Assembly: GCF_013167455.1 (NCBI RefSeq)
Contig: NZ_CP038330.1
DNA: 64,000 nt
Strand: one strand, 5' to 3'
Source of the DNA: Escherichia coli O157:H7
GTDB lineage: Bacteria > Pseudomonadota > Gammaproteobacteria > Enterobacterales > Enterobacteriaceae
The position numbers were made by a program, and so were the translations under genes. Under the pieces are notes generated by a model. It worked only from the letters and a program-made list of their open reading frames with translations. It did not search any database and had not been told where the DNA came from. This document shows positions 1-9,634 of the stretch, in pieces (positions within the stretch are counted from its first letter, which is position 1; every line of letters begins with the position of its first letter).

Positions 1-322
1 ACAGACCACCAGCGCCACGGTGGTGGTGTGATTCGGAAGCTGGCAACAGGTGAACAAACGCGGCATACCGCTGGATCACCGGCAAAACAAGCCGGTTGAA
101 GTCGTCCACAGTGAAACCGAGAGAGTTCCGCACTTTCTCAATCAGTTCAGCTTGGGTTGCCAGTATCTTGTCTAGTGGGGCCACTGGCAGGCCCTTGGCA
201 AAAGGTGGGTATCGAGGGATTTCTTCATCTTCCACGTCTTTAAGCGGCAACACTCTGACGCTCGGCGCGGTCTCGATCACTCCACTTCGCCCACCAAATA
301 ACTTGTTAAGGGCTTTCAGCAT
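1..322 (-). CDS. 5' end of a conjugative relaxase-like gene (TraI/MOBH-like), partial; continues beyond window start
   Basis: Minus-strand ATG at 322 opens a frame (MLKALNKLFGGRSGVIETAPS...SESHHHRGAGG) with no stop before the window edge; absent from ORF track because open-ended. Identity from recollection of SXT/IncC-type TraI N-termini, unverified. Confidence 0.45.
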   Translation of the reverse strand, partial: MLKALNKLFGGRSGVIETAPSVRVLPLKDVEDEEIPRYPPFAKGLPVAPLDKILATQAELIEKVRNSLGFTVDDFNRLVLPVIQRYAAFVHLLPASESHHHRGAGGL

Positions 323-489
323 GTAGGTTGACCATATTCCTATCGTATTTCTCGTCGCTACATGCTCTCAAAACACCTTTAGATCGCACACACGCCTATC
401 TGTCCAATTTGGGCAGTTTGAGAAACCAGCTTTCCATCCCCCCCCTTTTAGAATGGGCTCATCGACAATTTTTTATGAGGAACGACACG

Positions 490-1107
490 ATGAGACAACT
501 GATAGCAATTCTGGGAGTGGCAATTCTGGCCGGGTGTGCCTCTAACGCCCCCGAGCAAAAGCCTCAGCCCCAGACTGCCCCTGCCGAAAATGACAAACCT
601 GCCCGAGTTAGCCGGGAACTGTCGATGGCATGGGACAACATGGGGCGCGGTGGTGCTGCATTACGTCAACCTGGTTATATCCATGTGCTGGGCGACGGTA
701 ATGTCAGCGCAACGATGAACAAGGTCAAAGATGACTCCGCTGGTTCAGATAAAACTCCAGCAGGGATCAAACAGCACGGGGATGTCAACGAAGCCATCAA
801 TACCTTCAAGTCCATGAATAAAGGCAAAGGCTACTCGCTGTACGAGTTGTCACGCTGGGAACGCTATTGCGATGGTGGCAAAGGTATGGACGAGCACGAT
901 TGGCGCTTTGTGGAAGCCGAGGGAACCACAAACATCCCCAAGGACGTTGTAACCGGCTGCATACCACCTACCCACACCTATAAAGATTATCTGAATGCCT
1001 GGACGCACTTTTGCACCAGTCAGGCTGTAACTGACGCAGATCGCCGCATTGTGCGCGAGTCCGTGCGTCCCTATTCAGTGGTGAACCCATGCAAAGCTCT
1101 GAAATAA
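490..1107 (+). CDS. putative lipoprotein
   Basis: Internal ATG at 490 preceded by GAGG; N-terminus MRQLIAILGVAILAGCAS has signal peptide plus lipobox (LAGC); the ORF track extends the frame upstream to 328. Confidence 0.6.
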   Translation: MRQLIAILGVAILAGCASNAPEQKPQPQTAPAENDKPARVSRELSMAWDNMGRGGAALRQPGYIHVLGDGNVSATMNKVKDDSAGSDKTPAGIKQHGDVNEAINTFKSMNKGKGYSLYELSRWERYCDGGKGMDEHDWRFVEAEGTTNIPKDVVTGCIPPTHTYKDYLNAWTHFCTSQAVTDADRRIVRESVRPYSVVNPCKALK

Positions 1108-1322
1108 GAAACCAGACAGAGCTAGGCCGTAAGGCTGAGCTCTTCGACGCTTTATTAATCATGCTCCAGGAGGCCGGTTCGAGGGGTAATTCCAGCGAAG
1201 CGGCCTATGTCATTTCTGGAGTCCTCGAAAACCTCTCCAGAGACTACCCCGAAGTCAAAGGTCTGGCTCAAAGCTGGACTGAGCTGGCGAATCTGGAATC
1301 AAAGATGAGAGGAGCTGCTTAA
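1089..1322 (+). CDS. small hypothetical protein (77 aa)
   Basis: ORF whose stop overlaps the topB ATG (TAATGG); no recognisable motif; weak RBS. Confidence 0.3.
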   Translation: MQSSEIRNQTELGRKAELFDALLIMLQEAGSRGNSSEAAYVISGVLENLSRDYPEVKGLAQSWTELANLESKMRGAA

Positions 1323-3514
1323 TGGACCTTTATATCTGCGAGAAGCCTTCTCAGGCAAAAGATTTGGCTGGCGTAATGAAGGCCTCCCAACGAGGTGATG
1401 GATTTCTCCATGATGGAGGAAACCGCGTTATTACGTGGGCGTTCGGCCACCTGCTGGAATTGTATATGCCAGACGATTATGACGAACGCTACAAGTCATG
1501 GTCACTGGAGACCCTCCCTATTGCACCAGAGTCATGGCGGTACAACGTTCGCAAGAGTGCGTTCAAACAGTACAAAATTGTTGAGGGACTGGTCAAAAAG
1601 GCGAGCACCATCTACATCTCAACGGACTACGACCGAGAAGGTGAGGCTATCGCCCGTTCGCTTCTGGATCGATTCCGCTACTCTGGCCCTATTCGCCGAG
1701 TTTGTTTGACGGCTCTCGATGAGTCAAGCATCAAGAAAGCGCTGAACAACGTAAAGGATGGCAAGGATACGGTCTCACTCTACTACGCCGCATTGGCACG
1801 GCAACGCGCTGACTGGTTGGTAGGCATGAACGTGAGCCGCCTCTACACAGTGCTGGCCCGAGATGTCGGCTTCAACCACACTCTTCACGTTGGCAGGGTT
1901 ATCACCCCAACCGTCGCTCTTGTTTGTCAACGGGACCGAGAGATCGCCGGTTTCACCCCCTCACCATACTGGACTCTGGGTGTGAACGTGTCCGTACAGA
2001 ATGGACAGTTTGCCGCCCAATGGATACCACCAGAAGAGTGCAGTGACGAGCAAGGCCGGTGCGTCAATAAGGCCTATGCCGAGCAGGTAGCCTCCCAGGT
2101 CAATGGTGCCAATGCTGTTATCAGCAAAGCAGAAACCAAACCAGGTAAAGAGTCAGCCCCCCTCCCCTTCGATCTAACGTCGCTGCAACAATACGCGAGC
2201 AAACGATGGGGATACACAGCTCAGCAGGTACTGGATGCAGCTCAAGCTCTGTACGAGACGCACAAAGCGACCACCTACCCTCGTACTGACAGTCGTTATC
2301 TACCCGAGAGCCAAAAGGAAGACATTCCGGACATTCTCCAGGCGCTCATTTTGTCCGATCAGAACGTCTCTGGGCTGGTGGCTGGCGCAGATCCTCATCG
2401 CAAGGCCAGGGTATTCAATGACGCCAAAGTGACCGCGCACCACGCGATCATTCCAACACCGGCCAGAACAGACATCAGTGCCATGTCTGAGATCGAGTTC
2501 AATCTTTACGACGCCATCCGTCGTTTCTACATCGCGCAGTTCTACAGCGAGTTCGAGTTCACCAAAACCTCCATCGAGGTGCAGTGTGGGCGTCACCTCT
2601 TTGCGTCCGCTGGTAAGACACCTACCAAACAAGGCTGGAAGGTTTTGTTTGCTTCTGATAGTGAAAGCAGTCCCAAGGACGAGGGGGAAGACACCGACGC
2701 GCCGGTTGAACAAGAGAAGCTCCCCAGGGTTAGCCAGGGCGAACCTGCCTTGCTGAATGGGGCCGAGCTGGCAAACAAAATGACGCGGCCAGCACCGCAC
2801 TTCACCGAAGCCACATTGCTTGCCGCGATGGAGAACATTGCCCGGTTCGTGACTGAGGAGAAGTTCAAACAAATCCTCAAAGACACAGCCGGTTTAGGCA
2901 CTCCAGCAACACGCGCAAGCATCATCCAGGGCGCTGTTGATAAAGGCTACTTCAAGCGTCAGAAAAAGGTACTGCTTGCAACTGATAAGGCTCATGCGCT
3001 TATAGCAGTGCTTCCACCAGCCATCAAATCACCCGGCATGACTGCGGCTTGGGAGCAGGAGCTTGAGAAAGTTGCCTCCGGCTCCGGGAACATGTCTGTC
3101 TTCATGAAGCAGATTTCCACCTGGATCTGCCAAATGGTTGAGCAGCTCAAAGTGGCCGCACCGGTTCTGACCAAAGAAGGTGGCGCGATGGCTAAAGCCT
3201 TCGAGGGCGCGAAGCCTCCTTCACACGAATGCTTCAACTGCGGTGGAGAGATGCACCGGATCAAAGGGAAGAACGGTTTTTTCTGGGGCTGCCAGAACGA
3301 GGCTTGCAAGAAGACGTTCCCAGACAACCGAGGGAAACCCGAGAAACGTATCGCGGCGGAGGATTGTCCAGACTGCCCAGATTGCGGTAGCCCGATGCGT
3401 CTCAGGAAAGGAAAAGCCCCTGGCAAGAAACGAGCCTCTAAGTTCTGGGGCTGCACAGCGTATCCCGATTGCAAAGGCACTATGCCCTTCAAAAAGTCGG
3501 ACTTTATGGATTGA
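1322..3514 (+). CDS. topB: DNA topoisomerase III (type IA) with C-terminal zinc ribbons
   Basis: 730 aa; Toprim-like N-terminus (MDLYICEKPSQAKDLAG...), type IA topoisomerase core, C-terminal CxxC...CxxC repeats (CFNCGGEM..., CPDCPDCGSPM..., GCTAYPDCKG). Confidence 0.9.
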   Translation: MDLYICEKPSQAKDLAGVMKASQRGDGFLHDGGNRVITWAFGHLLELYMPDDYDERYKSWSLETLPIAPESWRYNVRKSAFKQYKIVEGLVKKASTIYISTDYDREGEAIARSLLDRFRYSGPIRRVCLTALDESSIKKALNNVKDGKDTVSLYYAALARQRADWLVGMNVSRLYTVLARDVGFNHTLHVGRVITPTVALVCQRDREIAGFTPSPYWTLGVNVSVQNGQFAAQWIPPEECSDEQGRCVNKAYAEQVASQVNGANAVISKAETKPGKESAPLPFDLTSLQQYASKRWGYTAQQVLDAAQALYETHKATTYPRTDSRYLPESQKEDIPDILQALILSDQNVSGLVAGADPHRKARVFNDAKVTAHHAIIPTPARTDISAMSEIEFNLYDAIRRFYIAQFYSEFEFTKTSIEVQCGRHLFASAGKTPTKQGWKVLFASDSESSPKDEGEDTDAPVEQEKLPRVSQGEPALLNGAELANKMTRPAPHFTEATLLAAMENIARFVTEEKFKQILKDTAGLGTPATRASIIQGAVDKGYFKRQKKVLLATDKAHALIAVLPPAIKSPGMTAAWEQELEKVASGSGNMSVFMKQISTWICQMVEQLKVAAPVLTKEGGAMAKAFEGAKPPSHECFNCGGEMHRIKGKNGFFWGCQNEACKKTFPDNRGKPEKRIAAEDCPDCPDCGSPMRLRKGKAPGKKRASKFWGCTAYPDCKGTMPFKKSDFMD

Positions 3515-3528
3515 TAGAGGAATTAAGT

Positions 3529-4017
3529 ATGTTTGGAAAAATCATTTTAACTGCGATGCTCACAACCAGCTCTGCCACTGCCGAAGATGCCGGGAAGAAC
3601 ATCGCCTCAGGCTTGGCAACTGCATCTACCCGCCAAATAGGTCAGGCCATCATGCCAACTCTAGCTATCGGCTCGGCCATTGCAAAAAGCGCAGGAAAAG
3701 GCATGGTGTTAGGTTTCGCTGAGACATCTGCCAGCTATATTTCCCACGATGACCTGAGCGCCACTCGAAGCTATCAAAACCCTGAGGCTGTTGATATGGC
3801 AAAAGGCCTGGGGACCTTGAAAGACGTCCCTGATTTCCTCTACGTCATTACAGACGTAAATGCCAACATGGCTGACAAATGCAAGCGCGTCTGGGAGCCT
3901 CAATCACTGGCTTTAAGCCAATTGATTGTTGAGCTGGTGGCACTGCGTAAGACGAACAACAAAGGTAGCTACGAACAAGCGCTATCCCACCTCGATTGTT
4001 CAATATTCACAAACTAA
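3529..4017 (+). CDS. secreted hypothetical protein
   Basis: ATG at 3529 with GAGG upstream; N-terminal signal peptide MFGKIILTAMLTTSSATA; hairpin terminator follows. Confidence 0.55.
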   Translation: MFGKIILTAMLTTSSATAEDAGKNIASGLATASTRQIGQAIMPTLAIGSAIAKSAGKGMVLGFAETSASYISHDDLSATRSYQNPEAVDMAKGLGTLKDVPDFLYVITDVNANMADKCKRVWEPQSLALSQLIVELVALRKTNNKGSYEQALSHLDCSIFTN

Positions 4018-4022
4018 AACAA

Positions 4023-4045
4023 TTAAGGGGCCGTCGGCCCCTTAT
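4023..4045 (+). terminator. rho-independent terminator-like hairpin
   Basis: GC-rich inverted repeat AAGGGGCCGTCGGCCCCTTA followed by T-rich run, just after the stop at 4017. Confidence 0.5.
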
Positions 4046-4107
4046 CTTTAATTACCCAAGTTCTTTTGATACCTGAGCTACAATAGTTTTAAATCAGAAT
4101 ACCAAAA

Positions 4108-4386
4108 TCAATTCACATGGATGGCGAATACTTCAACCGGATAATCTCCAAAGTGCGGGTGCGTTATGACGTTCCTTGAGAAGCCACGCCAAGGACGAAT
4201 CTCTATCCTGGACATATCTCCAGCCTTTGGGTAGCCACACTTAACATGGACTTCATCATACTCGCGCCCCTCTAGTCTTTTTATCCAGTAGTCTGTGACG
4301 AGGCGATATTCATCTGGTTTTTCTCCAGATTTGATCTGATCGAAGTAAATCTTTTTTACGGGCAGATGAAGTATTCTCTTTTTCAT
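4108..4386 (-). CDS. ASCH/PUA-like domain protein
   Basis: Start MKKRILHL at 4386 with AGGTGG RBS; KKIYFDQIKSGEKPDEYR pattern resembles ASCH domains; last gene of the 10013->4108 minus-strand operon. Confidence 0.45.
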   Translation of the reverse strand: MKKRILHLPVKKIYFDQIKSGEKPDEYRLVTDYWIKRLEGREYDEVHVKCGYPKAGDMSRIEIRPWRGFSRNVITHPHFGDYPVEVFAIHVN

Positions 4387-4411
4387 AATCACCACCTGAT
4401 AGCTCATCAGA

Positions 4412-4618
4412 CTATCTAACTATTAGACAAAACATCCCTTTTTCAATTTCTGTCTCTCTCGCCTCATGGGCCAATACAATATCCGCGATAACACGAATAT
4501 TCCCTTCATAGTTGCGAATGGCCGCATCCCGCATCGTGTCTAAAGTGTCCTGACACTTCGCTCGCCTGAATTTAACGAGCCAACTTTGCCGATCTATCTT
4601 GTCCACACCAAATCCCAT
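4412..4618 (-). CDS. hypothetical protein (68 aa)
   Basis: ORF packed between flanking operon genes. Confidence 0.4.
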   Translation of the reverse strand: MGFGVDKIDRQSWLVKFRRAKCQDTLDTMRDAAIRNYEGNIRVIADIVLAHEARETEIEKGMFCLIVR

Positions 4619-5236
4619 TCAGCGAACCATGTATCCAGCTTCTTTTGCCGCAGCATCAAGCTCGGAGGAAAAGTTAACGTCGGACTTTTCTGCCGCGTTA
4701 TAGAGGGCTCCACACTTGGGCCATGAGCGCCCTACCAGTTTCATCGCCAACGCATCCGCCAGCATTTCTCGGATCTGTGTTTCAGCCTCACCAAAATCGG
4801 CTAGAGTTTCGTCTATGCCCGACTCTTCCATCAGCTCGATGAGCTGAGGTTGTTTGAGCCAGACGCCTGTTTGCATTTCCAACTGGTCTCTTGCATCTGC
4901 CACCAATTGGCGTTCAAGGGTGACGCCATTTACGGTCTTAACAAATTGCTTTGGCTGACGCTTTACCTTTTTTGGTCTGGACACATCAGAGATAACCGTC
5001 ACCGGCTTCCCACGCAGTTCACGCGGCAACGGTCCACTTAGCCCCAGAACTAAGCGACGAGCGTACTCATGCTCGTATGGTTTCAACCCTCGACCTTCAC
5101 GGTACATCTCAGTATCCACCAGCAGATCACCGCGCAGCCTCGCGTTTTTCCGCACTTGTTCGGACAAGACCGATTTGCCCTTCCCGCTGGCTCCCATTAC
5201 GAGCGAGTGAGATTCTACTTTGTTATCAAAAAACAT
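4619..5236 (-). CDS. P-loop NTPase / kinase-like protein
   Basis: Walker A motif GASGKGKS near N-terminus followed by DLLVD. Confidence 0.55.
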   Translation of the reverse strand: MFFDNKVESHSLVMGASGKGKSVLSEQVRKNARLRGDLLVDTEMYREGRGLKPYEHEYARRLVLGLSGPLPRELRGKPVTVISDVSRPKKVKRQPKQFVKTVNGVTLERQLVADARDQLEMQTGVWLKQPQLIELMEESGIDETLADFGEAETQIREMLADALAMKLVGRSWPKCGALYNAAEKSDVNFSSELDAAAKEAGYMVR

Positions 5237-5291
5237 AATTCCGCCCCCAAAGAGGTGTTGCTATAAAACATGGTTTGAACATCTGGCGCTG

Positions 5292-5948
5292 TTATTGCGC
5301 CCACCGATACTCTGGGCAACGCACTCTGTTGTGGCCGCTTTTCCCTTTGCTATTGGTGATGTCATCTTCATTCTTCGCAGCCCCCAGCTTACTCAGTATT
5401 TCAGCTTTTGTGGCGCGATGACCGCGTATTAAAAGAGCATTCAGCAGGTATCCAGTGAACACCTCTGTACTCGGCATACGGTCAAGCAACTCAACATACT
5501 GCTCATCCGTCAAATCATGGATCTCACAATATTTTTCCACCGCCTTTTCGTAGGCTTCTGCGTAGCCATGAGTGGAAATCCTGAAAACAATATCCCCATT
5601 GCCGTAGCCTGGCTTTGTGACGAGAAAACAAGGTGCGAAGTAGGTTCTCTTCACCCCCATCCGGCTCCGGTTCTCGATACTGATATAAGCCCTCAGCCCC
5701 TCAGCAATGATATTTGGCCCGGAGTTGCGTCGCCGCTTACAAGTCTTATTCTGACGCTTCACCTCTTCTGCCTCAGCTTCCCACTTTCGGTCCAAGCTGT
5801 AGGCCAGCCGGTGAGCTGTTGCGTAGGAATACTCTCTCAAGGAGAAGTATTCCTGCCGGTAATCATCCGCCACCCCAACTGTTCGTGCGACACGGAACCC
5901 GACGAAACCGGCGTCATGGGTTCCCTCGCCGTAGTAAATGACTGCCAT
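5292..5948 (-). CDS. hypothetical protein (218 aa)
   Basis: Start overlaps the stop of the upstream methyltransferase-like gene (translational coupling). Confidence 0.5.
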   Translation of the reverse strand: MAVIYYGEGTHDAGFVGFRVARTVGVADDYRQEYFSLREYSYATAHRLAYSLDRKWEAEAEEVKRQNKTCKRRRNSGPNIIAEGLRAYISIENRSRMGVKRTYFAPCFLVTKPGYGNGDIVFRISTHGYAEAYEKAVEKYCEIHDLTDEQYVELLDRMPSTEVFTGYLLNALLIRGHRATKAEILSKLGAAKNEDDITNSKGKSGHNRVRCPEYRWAQ

Positions 5949-7375
5949 TATTTACCTTCCTTACTTCTGATACCGTGCTGCACCACGGTATGGCGACCGC
6001 AATTCACATTCAGGTGATCCCGAACTGCGGCCATGACCGCTGAATGCAATCTGTAATCCACACTCTGCCCAAGTGTTTCTGTCGCTTGTTCTTTTGCCAT
6101 CCACGAAATATCAAAGCTATCAGGTATCGACATCAACTCCTGAACCAGATCGACCGATGGCTTGTAAATGCGGCCACCGTCTTGGATGTACACTGCATCC
6201 TTTACCCCACGATCCTGAGACTTGAGGATGGTCGGGCAACTGGTGCTTTCTCTCGTCAAGAACGCAGGCATCCTGCGAGAAGTTGACTCTCTGGCCTGAA
6301 TTGACTTCAACGCTGTGACGTCTGCACAATCCCCGAGGTGCTTCTCGATCACCGGCCACAATCGTCCACCAGCTCTCTGCTCAGGTTTCGGTGGAACGAA
6401 CCCAGGGAAGACCGACGCCACCATGTAATAGCGTTCTCGCCCCTGGTACGCGCCGAAATCCAGACCGTTCAAGACCATCTCAGTGAGGAAGTACCCCATC
6501 CGCCGCAGTGTCGTTCCCATCATCGCCCCGGCTCCGGATGCTTTGAAGTTCGGGACGTTTTCCACCAGCACGACGGCAGGGTTCACGACCTCGATCTGTT
6601 TTAGTGCCGGGTAAACCATGTCGAGCATGGTGGAGAGATCTTCAAGAGAACGCTCTTTGTCCCTTGGACTTTTGGCGTTTGAGTGGTCATCACACCCCAA
6701 CGAGTAATGGGCCAAACCAATTGGTGGGCACTCCGCCAGCAAGGCTCCAAGGCGATCCAGCTCCAGGTGATGAATGTCTTCATTCAGCAGGATACGCGGG
6801 GAGCTGTTCACCAGCGTATTGAGCGCATGTACTTCACTCAGGTTCCGCCCGGATGCTCTGTCTCTGGCTTCAACTGGACGATGTTCCAAAACAATCTCAG
6901 CCTTCCAGCCAAGCGATTCCATAACATGAATGTCTACCCCGCCAGTCAATGCCACAAAGGCACGGAAAGGGCTGGTTTTTCTGAACCGATCAGCAATGGC
7001 AAAGGCTCTGTTTGCGACGGGAGTGAAGACTACTCGACCTTTTCGCATTTCGACGTGGAAACGCTCTGTATAGCGAGGGAAGCACTTATCTATGAGCCCT
7101 TGTCCAGAAAACTCAATAACGGTTTCCAGCGGGTTGTTGGAGCGACTCTTTGGTTGATACCGGCGCTGATAAACCTGGTGTGTCTGTAGTTCATCGGTCG
7201 CTGGGATCACCGAAAAACCGCCCATCCCCTCCCCTGGCTCAACGGCGATGCCCATACCTGGCTTGAACCCCATAACATCCAAAAAGTTGGACGAAACCCT
7301 AACCTTGCGTTTATCGCCTACTCGATTGAACGCAAGTTGTTTGGTTACTACGGAGGGGGAGACGATCGGTAACAT
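5948..7375 (-). CDS. DNA cytosine-5 methyltransferase-like protein, divergent
   Basis: 475 aa; motif I-like EFSGQG, motif VI VVLVENVPNF, motif VIII-like QGRERYYMV, motif X-like GQSV; canonical PCQ catalytic motif not found (closest SLGCDDHS). Confidence 0.5.
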   Translation of the reverse strand: MLPIVSPSVVTKQLAFNRVGDKRKVRVSSNFLDVMGFKPGMGIAVEPGEGMGGFSVIPATDELQTHQVYQRRYQPKSRSNNPLETVIEFSGQGLIDKCFPRYTERFHVEMRKGRVVFTPVANRAFAIADRFRKTSPFRAFVALTGGVDIHVMESLGWKAEIVLEHRPVEARDRASGRNLSEVHALNTLVNSSPRILLNEDIHHLELDRLGALLAECPPIGLAHYSLGCDDHSNAKSPRDKERSLEDLSTMLDMVYPALKQIEVVNPAVVLVENVPNFKASGAGAMMGTTLRRMGYFLTEMVLNGLDFGAYQGRERYYMVASVFPGFVPPKPEQRAGGRLWPVIEKHLGDCADVTALKSIQARESTSRRMPAFLTRESTSCPTILKSQDRGVKDAVYIQDGGRIYKPSVDLVQELMSIPDSFDISWMAKEQATETLGQSVDYRLHSAVMAAVRDHLNVNCGRHTVVQHGIRSKEGK

Positions 7376-7378
7376 TGG

Positions 7379-7879
7379 TCAACCTCTTTTCTTCTTGTTT
7401 TGCTCGCGCTTCACCATTGCTCCAGCAGCTTTCAGAAGTCTCTGGTTCTCCGCCAGCTCCTCTTGGAGTTCCTGAGTATCCTCTTCTGTCTGAGCCTTTT
7501 TCAGCTCGGCCTCGCAATATTGGACCTCTTCCTGCAAGCTGACTTTCGCAAACTTGAGAGCGGCCAGTCGCGTCGTATAAACGCCAAAAGGCAATTCGCC
7601 ACCTTCCCGGAACTGCTTCAAGCACCAGCTCGGTATAGATGGCAACCAACCAAAGTCCCCATTCTTCCGTGACCTTTTCCCCCACGTAATCCCATCTAAC
7701 TTTTGGGCAAGATTGACATAGCGTTGATCGCTGGTTGAGTTGCGTCGTTTCTGAATAGAGCGAACTATCCACTCTGTAACCTCGACCTTTGCTTTATCAT
7801 CATCAGAGATGTAATAAAGGGCTGCGTACAACACAGCGCCTTTACGAATGACTGATGGTGGGTATGCCTGGGCTTTCAT
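7379..7879 (-). CDS. hypothetical protein (166 aa)
   Basis: ORF in operon; coiled-coil-like C-terminus. Confidence 0.45.
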   Translation of the reverse strand: MKAQAYPPSVIRKGAVLYAALYYISDDDKAKVEVTEWIVRSIQKRRNSTSDQRYVNLAQKLDGITWGKRSRKNGDFGWLPSIPSWCLKQFREGGELPFGVYTTRLAALKFAKVSLQEEVQYCEAELKKAQTEEDTQELQEELAENQRLLKAAGAMVKREQNKKKRG

Positions 7880-7887
7880 CTATCCCC

Positions 7888-8220
7888 CTATCGCTTTTTC
7901 TTTCCGACAAGACGGAGATGATCGGCGGCCAAGTCATACTGCTCGTTTTTGTCGCGGCGGCGGAATCTGTCAAAAAACTTCCCTCGTGGCAGGGTTTCTT
8001 CCATAGCGATCAGGCGGTTCAGCCACACTTCTTGAGGTAGCATCCCTGCTGGAGTCGGCCCGAGCTTACGTCCTTCCTTGACGTGCTCCATTGTTTGCGT
8101 GGCAGTAAAAATCGCACCACCAAACTTTCTCCACTTGAATTGCAGGGGCATATCTGGAGACTCATCCAGCATCAATTTCTTATTGGTTTGTTCTGTCACG
8201 ACAATTACTCCACCATCCAT
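7888..8220 (-). CDS. hypothetical protein (110 aa)
   Basis: ORF in operon, short overlap with upstream gene. Confidence 0.4.
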   Translation of the reverse strand: MDGGVIVVTEQTNKKLMLDESPDMPLQFKWRKFGGAIFTATQTMEHVKEGRKLGPTPAGMLPQEVWLNRLIAMEETLPRGKFFDRFRRRDKNEQYDLAADHLRLVGKKKR

Positions 8221-8711
8221 TCTTCACTAAGCAGGAACGCCCAGCGCTCTTCTGCTTTTTCTGGGTTGTCTTTGGCCTGTTTGATCATGATCTCGGCGGC
8301 GTTAAAGCCTACCTCTCCACTGAACCGGCCCCATGAATGGCTATGCCACTCGCGCATCACACTTCGGCCAAGCGATGCAAGTTCTGGACTTACACCCTCA
8401 TGGAGGGCATAGAGCTCCCAAGCATCCCACCCGTATCGTAATAGGTTGTGCCCTGGGGCGTTAAAGGCCTGAGCAGCCTTGAACCGCTCTCCAGGCTCCT
8501 TCCCTCTAACATCCACACCCTGGAGCACCAACCCCATTACCACTTCAATGACAGGCTCGCGTTGCTTCTTTGCCAGCTCGATGGCAGCCACCAGCATTGC
8601 TTTGGCGTCAACAAATTTCCCATGCCCTTGGCACATACCGCAGGTTTCTTTGGAAGGGGAAAAGTCATAAACACCGGAACCAGCACAAAGGCGGCATGTC
8701 AGGTCAATCAT
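8205..8711 (-). CDS. hypothetical protein with DnaJ-type CxxCxGxG zinc-finger repeats
   Basis: MIDLTCRLCAGSGVYDF...CGMCQGHGKF; start chosen at the Met giving an 8-bp overlap with the upstream gene (track start 8729). Confidence 0.4.
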   Translation of the reverse strand: MIDLTCRLCAGSGVYDFSPSKETCGMCQGHGKFVDAKAMLVAAIELAKKQREPVIEVVMGLVLQGVDVRGKEPGERFKAAQAFNAPGHNLLRYGWDAWELYALHEGVSPELASLGRSVMREWHSHSWGRFSGEVGFNAAEIMIKQAKDNPEKAEERWAFLLSEEWMVE

Positions 8712-9411
8712 GGGCTCTTCTCTCCTCATACTCTTCGATGCGCTCTTTCAGACGCTGAACCACTGGTGCGAGCTCAGGGATAGCTTCCGCTTCCTCAAGC
8801 GTGTATCGCTTGTCTTCCTGGTAATCGACTATTTGAGGAGGCCTTGGCTGTTTAGGGAACTCAGCAAAGTCATTCAGCGACATCGAGGTAGGAAGTCCTC
8901 CTTCAATCTCACCTTTTTCGTTGAGTGACTGAGTGACGATAAGCTGTGTTCCGCCCACCTCGGTATCAAAGCGGTCATCAAAGCGCTCACCGATAGTCCA
9001 GCCGCCACGGCCAAGAACACAGGTCGTACTCATACGTAGGCGATTGAATGCTTTAGCGTCATCCCAGTTCAAAGGATTTTCATCCATGAGGAAAAAAGGC
9101 GCTTCGTCCCGAACGAACACCTTGGACTTGGCGTTATCGAAGATCGGCCCAAACACCCCCTGCTGGAGGTATGGTTCGACTTTCTCTGCAAGATCCTGGT
9201 GCCCTTGAGAACGCAGCGCCTCATAGAGCTGGGTGATTGTTTGTTTGCCGGTGTCCGGAAGGCAGGACAATACTGTCTGCTTTTCCTCGTCACTCAGGCT
9301 TACCATTCTGGACAAAAAGCTGACTACCAGCTCGTTGTGCCCATCGACCGTTTCAATGTTGAGCTTGTTCTCGTCCATCTTCTTCCTCAGTAATCGGTTC
9401 GATAAATTCAA
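8704..9411 (-). CDS. hypothetical protein
   Basis: ORF in operon; true start may be the internal Met at 9378. Confidence 0.4.
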   Translation of the reverse strand: MNLSNRLLRKKMDENKLNIETVDGHNELVVSFLSRMVSLSDEEKQTVLSCLPDTGKQTITQLYEALRSQGHQDLAEKVEPYLQQGVFGPIFDNAKSKVFVRDEAPFFLMDENPLNWDDAKAFNRLRMSTTCVLGRGGWTIGERFDDRFDTEVGGTQLIVTQSLNEKGEIEGGLPTSMSLNDFAEFPKQPRPPQIVDYQEDKRYTLEEAEAIPELAPVVQRLKERIEEYEERRAHD

Positions 9412-9634
9412 TGGAGTCCATGCTTACATGACTGATAATGGCTTTCAGGCCGCAGCAGTCGCATGGTTCAAAGGTCAGTTCTGATCCCTTGGGAGACTGA
9501 TGCGTGACCGTTGCCACAGCCCCTAGAGGGATCAACCCCCAGCCGTTTTTTAGTACCCGAGTAGTTCTGACCAGCCGACCTTTGTACTCTCGTTTCAGTT
9601 TCGGATGCGGCACTACCGCATATCGCTTACTCAT
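9353..9634 (-). CDS. hypothetical protein (~94 aa)
   Basis: Start taken at internal Met (MSKRYAVV) to avoid a 95-bp overlap with the upstream gene. Confidence 0.35.
   Translation of the reverse strand: MSKRYAVVPHPKLKREYKGRLVRTTRVLKNGWGLIPLGAVATVTHQSPKGSELTFEPCDCCGLKAIISHVSMDSIEFIEPITEEEDGREQAQH

Noticed and set aside
96-326. Plus-strand 76-aa ORF at the window start
   Set aside because: Antisense to the open-ended relaxase-like frame on the minus strand, which has the more protein-like translation.
2300-3492. Minus-strand ORFs (2300..2872, 2593..2925, 2992..3492) inside topB
   Set aside because: Fully contained within the topoisomerase III gene; no independent support.
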